Below, one piece after another: positions 25,390 through 37,645 of a stretch of 64,000 nucleotides of DNA. Location of the stretch: NCBI GenBank assembly GCA_951406725.2, contig OX597825.1, forward strand, positions 45,756,001-45,820,000. The letters run 5' to 3'. Numbering within the stretch: position 1 is the stretch's first letter; each line of letters opens with the position of its first letter. This DNA is from Octopus vulgaris. Its lineage: Eukaryota. A model generated the notes under the pieces. That model saw nothing but the letters and a program-made list of their open reading frames with translations, was not told the origin of the DNA and did no database searches. The translations under genes were made by a program, and so were the position numbers.

Positions 25390-26206
25390 ATATATATAGT
25401 TAATTTTTAAAAAAAAACAGAAAAAAGATTACGATAAAAACAACAATGTGAAGATATAGTATATGCAAAGTATTAATGAGATGCTCAGAGAAGGAAAGAA
25501 AGAGTGGTTGCTTTACATTTCAAGCATAGCTGTTCTTCGAAAACGAGACGAGATGTAGGAAAGTCCAAAAGAAAGAAAGGAGGGAAAAAATCACCAACAG
25601 TCCATGTGTAGTTATATTTTTGAAATGACTGGAAGTAGATGGACGAAGAGTGTGAAGAATGGTTGGTGTGTATGGTAGCGTATGTGTGTGTGGCAGTAAC
25701 TGAGTGTGTGGTATCAACTGTTTACAAGTGGTCTGTGTGTCTGTTAATGATCAGCAGCTATGGTAACAGGTGTATGTATGGGTGGTTGTAGCAGTATGTG
25801 TATGCTTTTGCACATGTGTGTAGATGGGGTGGTCAGTAGTGAGTCAAGGCAGTTTGAAATGTGAAAGGCAGTCTGAAGAATGTGTGAATGGGTGGGTGAG
25901 GATATGTGTTCCACTCACTCTGTCACTGTCCCTTTCTGTATATGTGTATGTGTGTGTGAAGGTATATATGTGGTTGTGTGTTTGGAGGTATATGTACATG
26001 CATGTGTTGTGTATGTACATTTGTGAGAGGGGTGAGGTTGAGTGTGGGTGCATTGTCTGAAGGGTGTGTGAATGGGTGAGGGTGATTGTGTGTGTGTGGA
26101 TGGAGTGGGAATGTCTATATGTGATTGTGAACATGAATAGGTGTGTGTGTGTATTCTGTTGTGTGCTCTCTCTCTGTATAAATGTGTGTGTGTACCTATC
26201 TTTGAC

Positions 26207-26241
<35 letters not shown>

Positions 26242-26448
26242 ATGAGAGGGGTGGTGGTATGTGAATAAGTGATAAAAAAATTAATACAAATAGTAAGCAG
26301 TACAAATAATACAAATAATAAGTAGGACTTAGTAAATAGAATCGAATTTTTATTTAACCAAGTTGGTCTACATAAAGAGAGAACATTACAGAGACAGACA
26401 AGGGGTTGGGGGATGAATGATTAACAACATGAAGTTAGACGTAAAATA

Positions 26449-27654
26449 TTAGGTCGTCAAGTATGAAATTTATAGTAAGGTATGTGGTAAACTTTGACAG
26501 CTGCTCATTTTGCGCCATTATTCTATTTTGACAATCTTTATTTTTTGTTAGAAAGCTGACACATCTATTTCTTTATCCTAACTCATTTTGTGCTTTATAA
26601 AGTATTTATAAATCGTGTTTTGCTATTTTTGTCTAGAGATGGATGAGTCGGAAATTCGTATAGTTTTGGAATATGAGTTCTTTCTTGGAAATACAGCATC
26701 ACTGACAGCTTGGAATATTAATGGAGTATTTCAATTTAATGTTGTTACACAGCAAACAGTATCAAATTGGTTTGCAAAATTTCATTCTGTTAACTTTGAC
26801 CTCACAAATGAGCAACATGGTCGGCCAGAAACAGAGGTGGATAATGACGAACTGAAAGCCACTGTCGAGTCAGATAAATCTCAAAGTACCCGTGAATTAT
26901 CGTTGTTGTTTGGTGTTAGCAAGCAAACAATATAGACTCACCTAGTTCAAATCAGTAAAGTGAAAAAGTTGGATAAGTCGGTTCCACATGAACTCAATAA
27001 AAATCAGAAACAGCAACATTTGGAAGCCTGCATTATGCTACAAAAATGAACCATTTTTTAATCGAATTATAATGTGTGATGAGAAATGGATCCAATACAA
27101 CAACTGTAAATGTTCAGCACAATGGTTGGGCAAAGATGAGCCATCAAAACAGAGTCCAAAAAGCAAAATTCATCAAAATAAGTTGATGGCATGTGCTTGG
27201 TGGTGTGGCTCATCAATCACAGCCAAAGTATACTGCAGCCAACTGGACCAAATGATGCAGGAACTTACAAAAACAGCCTAGATTAGTCAACAGATCCACT
27301 CTTGTTTTATTGCAAGACCACACATTGCAAAAAGAGTTGAAGTTGGAAGTTCTCCATCATCCACCATACGCACCTGATCTTGCCCCCACTGATTACCATT
27401 TCTTCCAGAATTTGGATAACTTTTTGATAGGAAAAAACTTAATTCCGCCGCTGTTGTAAAACAGGCCTTCCAAGATTTTATTGCCTCTAGATTGTCAGGC
27501 TTTTACAGTTCCAGGCTGGACAAGCTACCACTGAAATGAGAAAAGAGTATTGACAATATGGGTGCATACTTTGATGAATAAAACTGTTCCTTGTATTTAT
27601 AAAACATTAGTAAACTTTTTTTCTTTTCTACAGACTTCATACTTGATGACCTAA
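26449..27654 (+). mobile_element. Full-length decayed mariner
   Basis: TA-flanked TIRs ttaggtc(g/a)tcaagtatgaa; MCDEKWIQY, HPPYAPDLAPTDYH. Confidence 0.92.
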
Positions 27655-27659
27655 TAAAT

Positions 27660-28340
27660 ATGAAAATCGAGAGGATTGAAGCAGAATAGAGTGAGGGACG
27701 CGACCAACTCCACAAACCACGTACCCACACTGAAACTTGGGCTTTATTCCGTTTGTTCTCACTCAATTAGGTTCATTCACTCTCAGCATGCTCACAACAA
27801 TCTTCCATCTTTTCTCAAATGCCTTTTGTGACAAGCATTTTCTCTCCAGCCTTATTTTCCTTTTCAGGTGGAAAAGGGAAAAGTTAGCCAACCCAAGATT
27901 GGAGATGAAGATGCCCATCACAATCCCTTTCACTCATGTCTTCTGTACTACCTCCTTCGTGATAACCACTACACAGAGGAAACAAGCCTGCTCTTCCCTG
28001 TTTAGAGAAGTTGGTGGAACAATCTTAATTATAGACTCAGGTGACAGTTGTACTCTTCAGTTGCTCAACATAAACCCATAGTTCCAAAATCTTTGGACAC
28101 TGCACAATTGCATGCAGAACAGTTTCACTGTTCTGCCTGCATCTTGGGCAAGTTGGCGTGGATGAAGAACCATGCCTGTAGAGATTATCCTGAACATGTA
28201 AGGCTCCTCGGAATATTGCCATGCCAGGGACTTCTGGAATTATCTATAGGCCCTGGCCTGAATGTTCTCTGGTATAAGCTAGCAAGTTGACTGTCATCGA
28301 AGCCTAGGGCATCATGATGCTTGAACTCTACCAACAAGCC
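27660..28340 (-). pseudogene. L1/Tx1-clade LINE 3' fragment
   Basis: CPRCRQNSETVLHAIVQC zinc knuckle; homologous to 31000-31600. Confidence 0.8.
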
Positions 28341-28344
28341 TGGT

Positions 28345-31300
28345 TAAAGGGGCCAAGAGATCTGCTACCGCTGTTCGACGGTTAGGAGAGAATTATCTCT
28401 CCGGGCCGTCCGTCCGGCGGAAGTGGGGTGTTGGTCCTATAGAAAAAGAACCGGGTTTCTGAGAAAAAGTTGATTTTTTCAGATCCAGAAGGTAGACTGG
28501 TCATCGTTGACTTGACTTTCAGCAGTTGTAAGACAATCAGAGTGGTTGCGATTTACGCACCCCAAATAACAGCGGGGCAAAGCGAATATTTTCGGAACCT
28601 GGAAAAGTTTCTTAGTACATCGCATCCTTTAGCTATACTAGGAGACTTCAACATAATTTACGATGTGTGGATAGACTGTGTAGGCTCGCGACCTGATAGG
28701 AAAGGAAATGCTTGCTTCCAGGATCTACTAAGATGTTTCGAGCTGGTAGATCCATATAGACTGGAACATCCGAACGCTCCATTGTGGACATGGTCAAACA
28801 GCGACGGATCTTCCAGATCGTACATAGATAAAATATTAATTAGAAAAGTAGATAGAAAAATAGCTAAGCGTCCACAGCTTCACATGGTCAGCTACAGTGA
28901 TCACAAGATGGTCACCTGTAGGATCGACATAGATAAGTTATATAGAGGTCCCAGCTACTGGAAACTTAATACGTCCCTTTTGGCGATTAAGGAGTACAGA
29001 GACCGGATTAAGTTACTGATACAGAGGGCATTGACCGGATCCATTATTAACAACAAATGGTGGTATGCCCTCAAGCGAGCCATCAGATATGAGTCTATTA
29101 GATATAGTATAGGTCTAGTAGCTAGAGAGGCTAGAAGGGAATCAGCATTAGTTAAGGACTTAGAGGAAGCAATGCGAACTGGCACTGCAGCTCAGGTGAA
29201 GTCCAAGAGACTGGTTTTAAACCAGCACCTCGAAGCCAAACACATGGGTTGCATTGTCAGGACTAGACAACATGCAATGGGGAGCGAAGGAATTAATACC
29301 GCGAGATGGGCCCGGGTGGTGGAAGCCCAACGTGGCAACGATGCTACAATTCGATCTTTGACGAACCAACAAGGTAAGGTGATAGACGAGCCCGAGGAGA
29401 TGTGTGAAGCTTTTCAGGACCACTTCCCCCAGCTCTTTGGGGGGAGCGGCGGACCGGATAGGAAGAGGGACCTAACGGACTTCCTCGACGGGCTGCCGCG
29501 CCTCTCGGAGCGGGATGCAAAGTGTAGGGAGGAGCCGATCACGCCTGGGGAAGTAATAGAGGCCATGGCTGACTGCGGCGCGGGTAGGGCGCCGGGACTG
29601 GATGGTCTATCCTACGAGCTATATAAAAGTATGCTGGACTTGTTCGGGGACTTACTGGCGAACGTCTATGCGAACTGGCAGCAGAATGGGTTTATTCCCA
29701 GATCTGTACGTCGGGGAGTAGTGACACTAGTCAGGAAGGACTCGGACAAGAGGGGTGTCCTGCAGATTTTGGCCAAAGTGTTATCGAAAAGATTGGCGCG
29801 TGTCGTGGATGGACTAATCGGGGAGGCACAAACATGTGCCGTACCCGGCAGGTCCATTCAGGATAATCTCCATCTGATTAGATATACCATAGAGGGAATG
29901 AATAACGATTCCGGCAAGGGAGGGGCAGTGGTCCACTTAGACCAATCGAAAGCTTTTGATAGGGTCGACCATCATTACCTGGTGTCCGTTCTGGCACAGT
30001 TCGGACTAGGTCTTGGCTTCCTCAGGTGGATCATTGAAATGTATGACAACGTCGACTCGGTAGTTCGGGTGAACGGCTTTCTGCCTAAGCCGTTCAGTGT
30101 CAAATGCTTGGTTCGTCAAGGGTGTCCGCTCTCCCCGCTTTTGTATGTAGTGGCTCTTGAGCCATTGCTACGAAAACTGAGCGGCATCCCGAGACAACCA
30201 GGTTGTGGAATGTCGGTTTCAGCTTACGCGGATGACATCACTATCATCGTGACCGAAGTGGACCTCCTACGTAAAGTAGGTAAGGCCATAGAGGCTTACG
30301 AGACGGTGGCAGGAGCAAAAGTTAATCGCGAAAAGTCAGTCGGCTTGCAACTCCGCACCTGGAGAGGCAAGTCGATGCCTCCAGACAACATCCTGGGACG
30401 TTGGACGGAGGGTCCGATTAAGTTGCTCGGGGTTTGGTTCGGACTAGACCTCCAAATAGAGAAGAACTGGAACGAGGTAATGAGCAAGGTGACCCACGCA
30501 GTCAAGACCTGGTCAAAGCGGTGGTTATCCCTGAAAGGTAGGGCGGAGGTAGCCAATGTGTTTATCGCATCGGTGATCACCTACCGCCTCGCCGTCGTGC
30601 CTTGTCCGGATTCGTGGTTAACCAAGCTGGAAAGACAGCTCTTCCGCTTCCTGTGGAAGAGCTCGAAACCGCTTGTGAAACGCTCTGTTTGTTGTCAATG
30701 ACCATTAAAGGGTGGACTAGGGATGCCGTGGCTAATGATGCGCTGAGGTTCAGGCATCTGTGGCTCTACCTGGATGGTGAACGGGTGTGGTCTCCGATGG
30801 CGAAACAGATGTTTCCCAGGTTCACCAGTTTCGGTGGACAGGAAGCCTGGTATAATCGTAGATCGAAGTTGGGTACATGGTACACAGAGTGCCGCAAGGC
30901 ACTCCGACTCTTCCGTCGCTCGGGCAATGCCTGCGGCAGTGGTTCTACCGCTGTTTTCTATAGAGGGTTTGTAGAGGCCGGTTGCGATGATACATTAGGG
31001 GAGACCCTAGGTTTCGACGATAATCAGCTGGCCAGACTGTTCCAACGTACATTCGAGCCGAGGACCCTGGATAATTTTCAGAAGTCCTTGGCATGGCAGT
31101 GTTACCGAGGTGCCTTACTTGTTCGGGATAAACTCTCAAGGCATGGTGGCCATGGCACCCCGATCTGCCCAAGATGTGGGCGAGACAGGGAAACCGTCTC
31201 GCACGCAATTGTGCAGTGTCCGGCGGTGTCAGACATGTGGATTTGTGCCGAACAACTGTTGTTAGGTGGAGGAGGAGCACGGCTATCGACTGAATCCATT

Positions 31301-31680
31301 GTGAAAATTGACCCGCCGGATTTCTTAACGAAAGAAGGTAAGAATTGTTATCTCTCTGTGGTAGCAGTCGCGAAACAGGTAGTATGGAAGACAAAGATGA
31401 GAGGGTTGATGTCAGGCAACTTCATTTCTGGTCCTGGTTTAGTGGAATTTTTTATGTTCCACCTAAAGAGACAAATAGGGCTGGAGAGGAGGTGCCTGAG
31501 TAAGAAAGTGTTTGATGAAAGATGGAAGAATGTCGTGTATAAAAGGTCTCTCGTGGATGCGAGATAAGCCCAAAAACCGAGGTCAGTGAGAGGCGGAGTT
31601 CGTGGGGTCCGTAAACCCGCCCTACTCCATTTGTTTAAAAAATGTCCATTGTGTTGTTTATTCATTCGTTTTTATATAAA
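28345..31680 (+). mobile_element. L1/Tx1-clade LINE ORF2 (APE + RT + CCHC), 5'-truncated and frameshifted
   Basis: GDFN, SYIDKI, SDH (APE); LDQSKAFDRV, RQGCPLSP, AYADD (RT); CPRC..ETVSHAIVQC. Confidence 0.93.
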
Positions 31681-31769
31681 ATCATGTTAAATTTTTATCG
31701 ACCCCAAATTGCGTTTTATATGTAAAATCATCCGTGATTGTATCGTCCATTTTATGTATGTCCTTATGG

Positions 31770-32136
31770 ATAATAAAAAAAATCAAGGTTTGGTAGCCTT
31801 CAACTAACACTATCTCCTCCGAGACCCTGTGGCGCAAGTTGACCAAAATTGAAAGTATGATAGAAGGCTTGCTCTTCCTTCCGTAGAAGAAAAATTTCAA
31901 ATCGGACCATGTTAACACCAAAAATTATTTACATCAAAAAGGTGCTTTTTTTCTATGAAAATCCCTATTTTTTACGATTTTTTGACTGCTGTGTCGCCAT
32001 TTTTCGGTGTATTTCAACCAGAAAAATGTTCACTTAAAGAGAATAACAAGCTACATAAGGTAAAATTTTTACTTTTCAAAAATTCCAATTCTAAAGGGTT
32101 GAAACAAACCCGAGCAACGTCAGGCGATACTGCTAG
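31770..32136 (+). mobile_element. Non-autonomous Helitron 3' part
   Basis: Ends cccgagcaacgtcagg..tgCTAG|t (subterminal hairpin plus CTAG). Confidence 0.65.
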
Positions 32137-32393
32137 TAAAAAGATAAAAATTAAATATAATAAAATTATAAAAATAATATTAACGTACTCTATATAAGTA
32201 TTGATTGTTAAATATGAATTTCTAATTTTTTTATTTGTTAATGATAATTTAGATACGTACATTTATTTTATTATTATTATTTTATAATTATTATATCTGA
32301 ACGTAAATTGTAAAATAGTTTGTCACTTTGTGATTTAGATTGTAAAAGTGTTTTAATATAACTAAAAGTTCTTGTATTTCTAGTACTATTAAT

Positions 32394-32444
<51 letters not shown>

Positions 32445-32760
32445 GTCAAGACGAAGAGCGTGATTCGATTGTAAGATATTTTATTAGTTGAACAATATTT
32501 CAACAGTACGTCTGTCTTTGTCAAGTTCAAAATAAGAAGTGATAAAAATTCAAATTCAAAATTACAGAAATTTAAACGTTAAGTATGAACGAGAGCAAGT
32601 AGCGTCCACACGTTGATGGAATGATATCATCAGTTTTTAAGTTACAATTTTATAACTTTATAACAGGCGAAAAGAAAAATGCAGAAAATAAAGACAGAAA
32701 AGAAAAACAGAAAAAAGAAGACGACAGAAAAAAAGGAAAGAAAAAGAGAGAAAGAAGAAT

Positions 32761-33703
32761 GGATCTTTTCTTTTTGAAGGCCAGATTTTCCTAGTTAACT
32801 AAACAATTTGAAACTTCGTATACTGGTAGAATGTGTCAAAAGAAAACATTATTGTAAACAAAATTGAAAACAAAATTGTAATTCGTAACTTAAACGTAGT
32901 TTAATTTTAAGAATTTTAACCAATGAAATCGCAGCATTCGAGCTCAAATTATTTACCTCTTCTTCTGTCTTCTACATGTGCTAGAAATAACAGCTATATC
33001 TCTTAAATCGATTAATTTCGTCGCCCAATAAAAATATTAACGATATTTTTTGAATATTTTCTTTTTTTTTTTTTTTTTACCGAAAAGGCTTCTCCCATGG
33101 TTTTGAAGGGCCAGAAACAACAAAAACAAAACAATAATATGCCTAAATCGGTCTTGAGTTTGCGCGTGGAGTGTGAGTCGTATTGTAAAAATTTGCGAAA
33201 TATTTTTTCATAAAAGGATGCCCCCAGCTTGTCGGAAGCTGTGATATAAATTGGGAAAAAAATCCTCGACACCAGTGCGTAATTGGTACTTAATTTATCG
33301 ACCCCGAAATGATGAAACATTGACCCCACCCCTCCTTCTGTGCAAATTTGTTGCGGCAAGTGGCAAAACACAACGTGTATTTTTGCTTGTGTGCGTATGT
33401 GTGTGTATGTATATGTCCGTTTGTATGTGTGTGTACGCTTATATATTAATTACTATGTGCTTGTGCAAATGTGTGTGTGTGTCGTGCGTCTGCTATATTT
33501 CTTTATCAATATCGATAACGCAGCAATGTTGGGATTTCATTGGTTAATATTCGTAAAAATTAAACTACGTTTAAGTTACAAATTACAATTTTGTTTTCAA
33601 TTTTATTTACAATAATGTTTTCTTTTGACACATTCTACCAATATACGAAGTTTCAAATTTTTTAGTTAACTAGGAAAATCTGGCCTTCAAAAAGAAAAGA
33701 TCC
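32761..33703. mobile_element. Non-autonomous DNA transposon (Merlin-like MITE) in the PLE D 3' UTR
   Basis: ~178-bp TIRs starting GGATCTTTTC; 8-bp TSD agaagaat at 32753-32760 and 33704-33711. Confidence 0.85.
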
Positions 33704-36249
33704 AGAAGAATATTTAATCAAACAGCTTTGTATAAATTTGATGATATTCTCCTGTCATCTTATTCATTCCTCCAGGGCGTGATGTTAATAACCTGCAAAC
33801 ATATTTCTCCTCATACATTCTGAGAAGTGAAAGTGAAGCAGATTTAGAATATTTTCTGAGAATATGCACTTTCAAGTCTTCTTCAACATTGCAGCCGCTT
33901 GAAACGAAATGTTCAGCAAATTCTGTCGAACTACTGTTATTGTGTTGACGTCGAATCTGTGCCCATTAAACCTTTTGTTTAATTGTTCTGTTGTGCAACC
34001 AACATAAATTAAGTTGTGCTTCGTGCATTCAGCAGCATACACCAAATGGAAATCTTTACATGTTCCACCTTCTGTATAAATCATAACATTTCTGTTATGA
34101 TTTCTGACGAAATTCACTTTACTCATGTTGTTGCACAATGAACAGAGCTTACCTCTCTTGCGGCTGTTCTTTAAAGTACAGCATGTAGATACTCCAATGT
34201 TTGTTTTCTTGGAGTCAGATATAGAATTCAATAATTCTCTTATATTCTTATTCCGTCTAAAGGCTACAATAGGCGGCTGAGTAAATATCTGTTTGAAGGT
34301 AGGATATTCTTTTGCCACATGCTAGTTAACTTTCATGCAACACTTTTGAAATGCCAGCGAAATGTCAGTGCCAGTTAATCACTAAAGGAATTCTGTCATC
34401 TATTGTATTGTGTTTGCTAAAATTATGCGTATAGGTTTGGCTATCTTTGCTATTTCCTTTGATCGTGATTCACTGTAACCACGTTTGACATAATGACATA
34501 CAAAAGCCTTTGCATGTTTCCAGTAATCCCCTATGTCAGCACAAATCCGTTTTATCCTCAAAAATTGGGATTTCGGATTTGACCGAATAAGATGATGTGG
34601 ATGATCGGAGCGGCAGTGGAGATAAATGTGGGATGACGTGGGCTTGCAAAATAACTCTATCACTATTCGGCCTCCAGAAAACTTGACTTTTGTGTCTAAA
34701 AGTTCAACGCTAGTTTTTGAAAAGCTAGACATAAATTTTATGTTGGACTTAAAGCCATAGTTTCTCGCATAACAGTCACAGAAATGCAAGGTCCATTAAA
34801 CTATCCTGTGATCCTTCCCAGACAAAAAATGCATCGTCAATGAACCATAACCAGAGTATTGGTTCATGACCATGAAGGGATTTAAATGTCTTCAGTAACT
34901 GTGTCTCAAATTTCGTCATGAAGACATTAGCAAAATTAACTGCCATGGGGGTACCCATGGTGCAACTCTTCGTCTGGTGGTAAAATCTTTGTCTAAACTT
35001 CATTGTGTTACTTTCTAACACAAACCTCAATAATTTACTGAGAAAATTTGATGATATGCTTTTGTTTGACTGCTTTTCGAAGGCATCAATGCATGCTTCT
35101 ACCCCTTCATTATGGTCAATATTAGGATATAAGGAAGAAACATCCATGGTTACCAAAAAAAACAGTTCTCAATATGGCCTCGGTACTTGAAAAAGTTGTT
35201 GATTTTAGATACAAAATCAAAGGTATCCCGAATATAGGAACTTGATCGTTTTGCGGCGGGGAGTAGGAAGCCATCCAGCCATTCTGAAATTTTGGCCATG
35301 CAACATTCATATCTGCTGCAAATTGGGCGCATTGGAGGAAATCTTTCGAACCTTTTGTGTATTTTAGGGAGATCATAAAATACAGGTGTTCTTCTTTCTG
35401 ACCTACCTTAGATTCAGCCTTATTAACGAAATTGTTTTCTTCCATTTCCAGAATTATTTTGTCAAGTTCATCTCTGTAATTGGGGTTTGGATCGACAGGT
35501 AATTCTTTATATGAAGTTTTGTCATTTAAAACTTCTTCACAGGCCGAAATATACTCACTTTTGTCCATAATTACGATAGCGCCTCCCTCATCTGCCATCT
35601 TAATAACAATAGAATTGTTATTAGCTAGACGTTGGAGTGCATAACGTTGGGAATTTGTGAGGTTGTTCCAGGATTTCTTTCCACTTGACAAGATTCAAGA
35701 AATTCCAGTAGTGCTTGTGAACGCCCATCCTGAACATTATCTGGATACCATTTGGGATTCTTTTCAATCCAATTATGCCAGATTCGATCATCATCATTTT
35801 AATTTTTTGTAAACATAGGGTTTTCTGACTCCTTGTTACCAGTTTTTTCAAAAAAATATTCTTTCAGCTTGTGGCGGCGGACAAACTGAAATAGCCCTTG
35901 AGCTAGTTTATTCTTGTCGAAATTCTTAGTGCTTGGGCAAAAACTCAGTCCAAGCTCTAAGACAGAGACATCGTCGGGCGAAAGTTTTAGTTTAGATAAA
36001 TTTATGACCGACTTATTCTCTAGTGTGATGGTTTTTCTAGGGCAAGTGGTTTTCAGAATCTTTTTCTCATTAGATTCCTAACTACTCTTTGGGCTTTGCT
36101 CGAAATCTTTTCTTAAAACACGGAACCTATTGGGTGATAAAATTTGTTCTGAACGTTCATGTGAGAAGTTATAATTTTTAGTCGTCTTTCTAGGGGTAAT
36201 CCATTTCTGGGTGGGTGATAGAAAGTGAGTGACTTCTGGGGTTTTTGTA

Positions 36250-36700
36250 GGCACTTGAAAAACCTTTACTTTCGGGAAAGGAACACATTTATCGTTTTCG
36301 AGGCAAAATCTTAAATGTGCTCGCATTTTTGACTGATCAAATAGAAACTTCCCTGGAGTGTTTCCAATGACCAGTTCAAATGCATATGCTGGAGCAAAAA
36401 GGCCACAATCATATGCACCAACTTGGGGATTAATTATATGAACTTGTTGAATTGTAGGAATAATGTTTGTCTGTGGTGAATACAATGTTGTTATTTGTGT
36501 CATTAGTTCCTGTGAAACTGGTAAATTCAAACTGTCATAAATATAAACATTACCGAAAAAATTAGTTGACAAAACAAAATGATTTTTCCTGTGTGCGGTG
36601 TGGATTGTATTTTAGAAATTCTGTGTGAGAAAAAATGGTTGGTTGTATTGGAATTTCTGGAAAATTTTCCGTTACGTTTTTCAACCTGGCATCACATAAC
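36250..36700 (-). pseudogene. Ulp1/SENP-like (peptidase C48) domain inside the PLE D ORF
   Basis: In one frame: KNHFVLST (His), YIYDSL (Asp), QVGAYDCGLFA (Gln/Cys), then FDQSKMRAHL. Confidence 0.8.
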
Positions 36701-37507
36701 ATTTGTCCTGAACGTAAAAACGACTTCTCCTCATATTTCAAAGCAAATCTTCTCAACCAAAATGCTCTCTTGCCCACTGGCTCAGGGGAATGGGAAATTA
36801 GCTTTTTGAGCTTCTTTTCTTTTTTTGTCTTTAGGGCTGAAATTTCCTTTTTTTCAAAGTTCAGCAAACAGTTACACAAAAAGTTCAAACAATTTTTTGA
36901 AGAACATACCTTTTCTAGGACACTCGAAATCTCCTTAATGTCTGCATCAAGCAGTATTAATTTTGAACAATAGCGTTCAATAATAGCTTCCGTTATGTTA
37001 AATGAATTGCACTTACCATTTAATTAAAACTTTTGAAGCAATGAATTGTCAGGCTTTGATGCACATATTGGTATATTTGATGTAAGACCGTTCGGTATAA
37101 CTTTTTCTTGTTTGCATGTTTCCAGAAATGATAGATGGCTCTTGATTTTAGTACAAAAACGATTAAGTTTTTTCACTGATAGAAATGTCGATTTCTCAAT
37201 TTCTGATTCATGGGCCCAGAATTGGGTTCAACACTGGGGTCTAGCGAAACTAACAGGGCTGACAAGCCAACTGTGAGAAGGAATAAAACGCAAAAGCTGT
37301 AATTTACATTACGATTTTCCTTAGACACCCGGCTGCTTTGGTGACTTCTAGAATTTCTATATGATCCAATTCTTATTCTGTTTACCATAAAATCAATCAT
37401 TTCAATCTACTTGATTTTTTATATTTTAAAAAAGGATTGATGTAACTCTTCACAACGGTAAACAGTCAAGACGAAGAGCATGATTCGATTGTAAGATATT
37501 TTATTAG

Positions 37508-37550
37508 TTGAACGATATTTCAACAGTACCTCTGTCTTTGTCAAGTTCAA
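37508..37550 (-). ncRNA. Minimal type I hammerhead ribozyme (U3-A8 core) in PLE D 5' pLTR
   Basis: ttgaac-TTGACAA-agacag(aggta)ctgtt-GAA-ATAT-C-gttcaa; second copy at 32488-32530. Confidence 0.72.
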
Positions 37551-37645
37551 AATAAGAAGTGATAAAAATTCAAATTCAAAATTACAGAAATTTAAATGTA
37601 AAGTATGAATGAGAGCAAGTAGCATCCACACGTTGATGGAATGAT

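Larger units (their letters stand above)
32444..37645 (-). mobile_element. Penelope-like element D, near full length, with direct pLTRs (32444-32625 and 37464-37645)
   Basis: ~180-bp direct repeats; frameshifted ORF: SHLSFLETC..IPNGL, Ulp1-like domain, VINLS..LGLSFCP, ADEG, MDVSSLYPNI, MGT, FIDD, CSLC, LVYAAEC..YVGCT, PGGMN; stop at ~33714. Confidence 0.92.

Noticed and set aside
28470-30701. 743-aa ORF as an active LINE or host gene
   Set aside because: It lacks the NFRPITLLN RT block present in the sister copy (in-frame deletion near 29760), has no ORF1 or ATG start, and is frameshifted before the zinc knuckle
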